NCBI RefSeq assembly: GCF_004010195.1
Contig: NC_057728.1
Coordinates: 45,902,229 to 45,966,228 of the forward strand
DNA: 64,000 nucleotides
Source of the DNA: Chiloscyllium plagiosum
Lineage: Eukaryota
Reading direction: 5' to 3'
Positions 63,966 through 64,000 of this stretch are shown here, piece by piece. Position 1 is the first letter of the stretch. Each line of letters opens with the position of its first letter. The position numbers and the translations under genes are program-made. The notes under the pieces were generated by a model. The model was not told the origin of the DNA, made no database searches, and saw only the letters and a list, made by a program, of their open reading frames with translations.

Positions 63966-64000
63966 ACATCTGCAATTTCATATGCGTTTCAGAAACCAAA

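Overview
Vertebrate genomic DNA, very probably from a cartilaginous fish (shark), judging by the HE1/V-SINE and HER1/CR1-type repeats. The only intact host gene is MGAT4C on the minus strand: three coding exons at 3406-3537, 1986-2133 and 699-1852, giving 477 aa with canonical GT-AG junctions. The other ~60 kb is upstream or 5'-intronic sequence rich in decayed transposons, plus a tRNA-Phe pseudogene and a 683-N assembly gap. The transposons include CR1, L1, Tx1-like, L2, Rex1/Babar, Penelope-like, Gypsy and Harbinger remnants and seven HE1-like SINEs. The most notable structures are: (1) a dispersed set of very short TSD-flanked Penelope-derived insertions built around minimal hammerhead-ribozyme motifs, including a 186-bp tandem pair and one copy split by a CR1 in loop II; (2) a near-perfect 3.05-kb inverted duplication (33091-36143 / 39087-42138) whose junctions cut old repeats; (3) a full-length TSD-flanked L1 carrying three nested insertions. 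All calls were made by eye, without database searches.
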